Assembly (NCBI GenBank): GCA_963736005.1 | Contig: CAVTNB010000001.1 | Span: 1,120,001-1,184,000 of the forward strand | DNA: 64,000 nucleotides | Direction of reading: 5' to 3' | From: an uncultured Pseudomonadota bacterium | GTDB lineage: Bacteria > Vulcanimicrobiota > Vulcanimicrobiia > Eremiobacterales > Eremiobacteraceae | In this document: positions 59,937 to 64,000 of the stretch, in pieces | How the letters are laid out: every line of letters starts with the position of its first letter | How positions within the stretch are numbered: the stretch's first letter is position 1 | Position numbers and translations under genes: made by a program | The notes under the pieces: model-generated | What the model was told of the DNA's origin: nothing | Databases searched by the model: none | The model's input: the letters and a program-made list of their open reading frames with translations, nothing else

Positions 59937-60644
59937 TTATCGGCTGGTCGCAGCCCTTCTTGAGCGCTGTTTGCGTCCTTTTTGAAAGGGCGATATGCTC
60001 GGGCTATTCGGATCGTAAAAGCGCAACGGCCACGTCTGCGCAACGGTTAACCCGATGCGTCCGCTGACAGCCACTTCGGGCGCAGCTCGGCGCGAGTTTG
60101 GTTCGATCCGAAGATCGCCCTCTTGTAGTCCCAGTCCGTCGCAGCGCAAATCGATCGACATTGCGCGACACAAATTTCCTGGTCCGCAGGTGAGCGCCTC
60201 GAGCTCGACCAGCGGGCCCCTTCGGTGGCGCATGGCCTCGATGCCGGACAGAGGCTCAAGAGCTCGGATCAGGACCGCAGCTCCAATGCCAGGTGGTTCG
60301 GTCGATACGTTGAGACAAAAATGCATACCATATATAAGGTAGACGTACGCAAAGCCCGGCCGCCCAAAAAGCGTTGCCGTGCGGCTAGTCGGACCGCGAT
60401 AGCCGTGACACGAAGGATCCACAAGGGGCAAATATGCCTCGGTTTCGACGATGCGCCCTGAGAGCAGTTCTCCAGCGTCGGGCTCACCCAACGGAATGCG
60501 ACGAAGCAGCGTAGCGCCGATGAGCCGGCGCGCCACGTCAACGGTTGGGCCAGAAAAAAACCCCTCAGACGTTCTGCTGTTCGGGCGAATATCAGTTCGC
60601 ACTTGACCGCTCGTTTCTGTTGCGTGATGATGGTGCGTAGCCAC
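59937..60644 (-). CDS. mpg: 3-methyladenine DNA glycosylase (Mpg/AAG family)
   Basis: GRIVETEAY, YVYLIYGMH, AVLIRALEP, GPGNLC and RIG; start uncertain. Confidence 0.92.
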   Translation of the reverse strand: MATHHHHATETSGQVRTDIRPNSRTSEGFFSGPTVDVARRLIGATLLRRIPLGEPDAGELLSGRIVETEAYLPLVDPSCHGYRGPTSRTATLFGRPGFAYVYLIYGMHFCLNVSTEPPGIGAAVLIRALEPLSGIEAMRHRRGPLVELEALTCGPGNLCRAMSIDLRCDGLGLQEGDLRIEPNSRRAAPEVAVSGRIGLTVAQTWPLRFYDPNSPSISPFQKGRKQRSRRAATSR

Positions 60645-60648
60645 CCAT

Positions 60649-60700
60649 GTAGTGGGCGACTGTGAAGTCGCCTATGTAGTGTCGCGAATTCATTCGCGAC
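60649..60700 (+). repeat. Tandem REP pair (family B variant + family A variant)
   Basis: GTAGTGGGCGAC-TGTGAA-GTCGCCTA followed by GTAGTGTCGCGAATTCATTCGCGAC. Confidence 0.75.
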
Positions 60701-60720
60701 TTTGCCTTGGAGTGTTTGTC

Positions 60721-61733
60721 ATGAAGCCTCGCGCCTATACGCTCGTAGAACTTTTGGTTAGCACGGCGATCATCCTTATCTTGATGATGGCGGTTGGGAA
60801 CGCGATTGTGGCGTCACTCCATTTGCAGGCGATTCACGCTGACCGCGCCGGGATGAGCCGCTCGGCATCTGAGCTTGCGGAGCGATTGGGCGAGGAAGCC
60901 CGCAGCTCCACCGCGGTGTTCATCCCGAGCATTGACGTGTTAGGAAACCCCAATGGTGGTTCGTCGGGGCCGCACGAAGTCGATTTCTTGCGTCATCTTT
61001 CAGACGGCGGTGATGCTATGGTGGCGTACGCTTTCGATGGATCTTCTGGTTCGGTGACACGTTACGAATATGCAACGGGCTCAAGCACCAAGACGATTCT
61101 CAATAGCGATATTGCCGCCGATGGCATCGCTGCGTTTTCATTGGTTCGCGAACCGGTTGCAGCGACGGGGAACACCATAGGCCAAAGCGCCCCAGCGTCG
61201 GTGACCATTCTTTATGGGGGCGCCGAGCTCGCAGGCGGCAACGACGTCGTGGTCGCTAACATTTTGGCAAAAGCTAGTTCGGGGATCCCGAGCCACCTCT
61301 ATGTCGTACATCTGGCCTCGCGAGCAGCGCCAACTTCGCTGGCTATTCTAGCACCCTCGGGTCCGCCTGCATCGCCGCCGTCTACGAGGGTTTTTCCATT
61401 TGTCATATTACGTCCGGGCTTCCCCATACCAGGACCACACGGGCCGATGCATGGCGGCAGTCCTGGCGGGCCTCCGTCTACTACTTCATTGGGTACAGGC
61501 TCCAGGCTCGATACGAATTCCTGCAGTCCGGGCCAATTAATTGGTTTGATTTCACGACTGCATTCGAGAGCGTGACTTCTGGAACATACACATTTAAGGG
61601 AAGCGATGGCTCGACAATTTCCGCGACGATCAGTTGCGTCGGCGGTCCCTGCCCCGATTTTCATCCTTTACCGGTGAACGCCCCGGGTTACGCACCACAA
61701 GGCGGAGTCGCTTTTCAGCTTTCATCTCCCTGA
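60721..61733 (+). CDS. Type IV pilin-like (prepilin N-terminal) protein; apparent frameshift near 61475
   Basis: MKPRA-YTLVELLV class III signal; a second frame (..GPINWFDF...CVGGPCP...QLSSP*) ends at 61733. Confidence 0.65.
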
Positions 61734-62144
61734 GGTCATTCTCGCCCAACGAGGGCTAGGTATTCTGACCTGAGCACCCTTGTCTCGGTGGTTGATTCGC
61801 GCTCCGAGATCGGTTTACACTTATGCTCGAGACGTTTCTAAGGGTTGTCCAAAAGAGCACAATCCTCTTGAGGCGTTGCCCGTAGGGATCAAAATGATCG
61901 TTGATTTTTCATAATATGTAAGTGAAAATCAAGAACAACGGAACCTGTGGAATCGAGGGCCGAAGAGCCCAGGAGTGTAGCCCTGTCTTGGACTTACGTT
62001 TTGCGGGCGCGTCTTTTGAACGTCCGATTGGAAGGACCGCCTTAACAACCCCTTATTTATTCCTTGAGTATGCATGGGTTCGGCTCCGGCGTGGCCGAGC
62101 CGATTGCCCTAAACCTCATTTCAAGGCAACTTAAGGAGACTTGG

Positions 62145-64000
62145 ATGAGTTATTGTATTTCCAGGCTGATGGGAAAGATCGTTCTTATGGTCGCCACAGC
62201 CTCATTTGTTTTGCTCTTCTTCGGTATTTCAAGTTCGACCGCGTTTGCGAGCTCGACCGGCGTCATGAGCGGGGCTGTAACGGACTCCTTAACGGGTGTT
62301 CCCCTTGCAGATGTTGGCGTCTCTGCAGTTTCCGGATCCGGAACCTACAAGACCATCACAAACGCTCAACTGTTCTTCTCGATGGCAGGCGTGTACGCGG
62401 ACACGTATGTGGTCACGTTTTCTTCAGAAGGCTTCGAAGTCTATGTCGAATCCGGTGTTTCGGTTTTCGCTGATCAAGTGGCGACAGTGGACGCAAGCTG
62501 AGGAAATCGCCCACGCTGTTGAGTCGTGTCGTCATTCGCGCTGAAGCAAGCGCATTCCAGCCGACGCAAACGACATCAACAACCACCGTGAGCGCCGCAC
62601 AGGTTCAGAACTTCCAGGGTTCGGCGTTCAACATCAGTGAAACTAACCTTATCACTTCGTTGCCCGGTGCGATGGCCGACTCTTCAGGCTACCCGGTGAT
62701 CCACGGAGGCCGCGAATACGAGGAAGATTTCGAGTTCGAGGGTATCCCATACGTGGACGCCTACTCGAACCAGTTCACCAACTCGCTCGCGATTCCGACC
62801 GGTGGCGTCCAGCTGTTACAATTGACGACTGGTGCGGGTGACGCGAGCCAGCCCGGCGGCGGAACAGGGGCGTTCAACGTCGTCGCCAAGCGCGGTACCT
62901 ATCCAGGATACGCTCAGGTCTCCGCTGCAGTCGGTGGACCCGGTTTCGACCACCGCCTCAACCTCGACGCCAGTTGGGCTACGCCGGACGGGCACGTGTC
63001 GGATTACGTCTCGTTTGCTGGTGCTAACACCACATTCCAGTACGGTAATGGAAAAACGCCCGTCGCGCAGCTAGGCAGCTACTTTTCCCTCAACAACGAA
63101 TGGGACCGAGAACTTCTCAACAACTTTAACTACCGTTTCGGCAACAACGGGTCGCAATCGCTGCAATTCTTCATCGACGTCGCGGACCACAACTTCCACG
63201 AGGGCGCCGGTGGTTTGACTGGATTGTGCTTTGCCAGTTGCGACCCGGTCTATGACTCGACGTGGGGTGGCATATTCGGGTTCTCGACGTCACAGCTACA
63301 AAACTTATCGGCATTGTATCCCGGGCAAACGAGCCCGAACCAACTGCTCTCGTCAGCCTTTGGCCGCTACCCGAACACTTTTTTCCAACCGAACTCGGCG
63401 ATGAAACTCGAATACACTCGAAACCTCGATGCATCAACGTACATCTCTGCGAAAGTCTACCAGCAGATCTCGGTAGTAACGTTTGACTTCCCGAGCACGG
63501 AAGGCAGCTTCGACGGGGATGCCTACAATCGTCAGGGTGGCAGAACAACCGGCGCCACAATCTCGTTCCAGAAGCAGGTCAGTGATCGGAACCTGTTTAC
63601 GTTCGGTGCCGATTATGGTCTGGTTCACCCGATTGACCAGTTCCTTTCAACCTCTTACGGCCTCTACGGCGCCCTGATCAGTCCGGTTGACATCGCGGGA
63701 ACGGTTTACGGCTTCATCCCCCCGTCAGATCCAGCTTGTCCACTCGGTCCGGGTGGTTGTGGGTACGCCTACAATTTCCCAAACGCGCCGGCACAGCTGA
63801 CCTATCCGCAATTCGACCAGGTCTCGACGATCAACCGCAATGACTACTCGCTCTACGCCAACGACAAGACGGACATAAGCAATCGGCTCAAAGCCGAGAT
63901 CGGGTTGCGCTTCGACATGGCCTCCTACGCGTTGCCGCCAGCTCAGGTCGATCCTATCTATTGCACCACCCAGTACTTGCCCGCGACATGGACGCCCAAT
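62145..64000 (+). CDS. TonB-dependent receptor with an N-terminal carboxypeptidase-like domain; 3'-partial, frameshift near 62497
   Basis: AAGGAG RBS and signal peptide; after the shift, plug-like LITSLPG...IHGGREYE...FEGIP and GAFNVVAKRG continue towards the window end. Confidence 0.85.

Overview
64-kb, GC-rich (roughly 60% by eye) bacterial chromosomal window. The TonB/ExbBD genes and a TonB-dependent receptor indicate a diderm, while the accB-accC-nusB-xseAB-tlyA-nadK order is Firmicutes-like. By inference this fits a Terrabacteria diderm such as Eremiobacterota/WPS-2, which needs a 16S search to confirm. Left part (1-20.4 kb): accessory genes. These are a hydrolase-glycosyltransferase fusion, a phosphoesterase, a split DUF4331 pair plus TPR protein, a MarR/STAS pair, two sedolisin (S53) proteases behind a large ATPase-TPR-BTAD regulator, two Ni/Co transporters and a threonine synthase. 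Centre (20.5-27.3 kb): one minus-strand rRNA operon (16S-23S-5S, no spacer tRNAs) whose 23S gene is about 4.05 kb. It is interrupted by three ORF-less group I introns at E. coli-equivalent sites L1931, L2500 and L2593 and carries an ~80-nt helix-54a-like insertion. Right part: a Wsp-like chemosensory cluster, a long housekeeping run (rho, rluB, TonB/ExbBD, uppP, moaC, mog, folCPB, accBC, nusB, PBP1A, xseAB, tlyA, nadK), mpg, a pilin-like gene and a partial TonB-dependent receptor. Most striking observations: (i) three families of GTAG-tagged REP palindromes, about 25 copies, have colonised loops L6 and L8 of an rRNA group I intron, the 23S expansion helix, the rRNA leader/ITS and two coding sequences; (ii) two of the introns are close paralogs at different sites; (iii) the accB-position gene lacks the biotinylated lysine; (iv) the folK position holds a degenerate HPPK fused to a methyltransferase; (v) two shared promoter motifs suggest hidden regulons (TCATCC-N16-CGTT linking DUF4331/TPR to the Ni/Co transporters, and an 11-bp-period repeat linking the BTAD regulator to both S53 proteases). 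Several single-base frameshifts suggest residual assembly indels, so single-nucleotide oddities need read-level confirmation.
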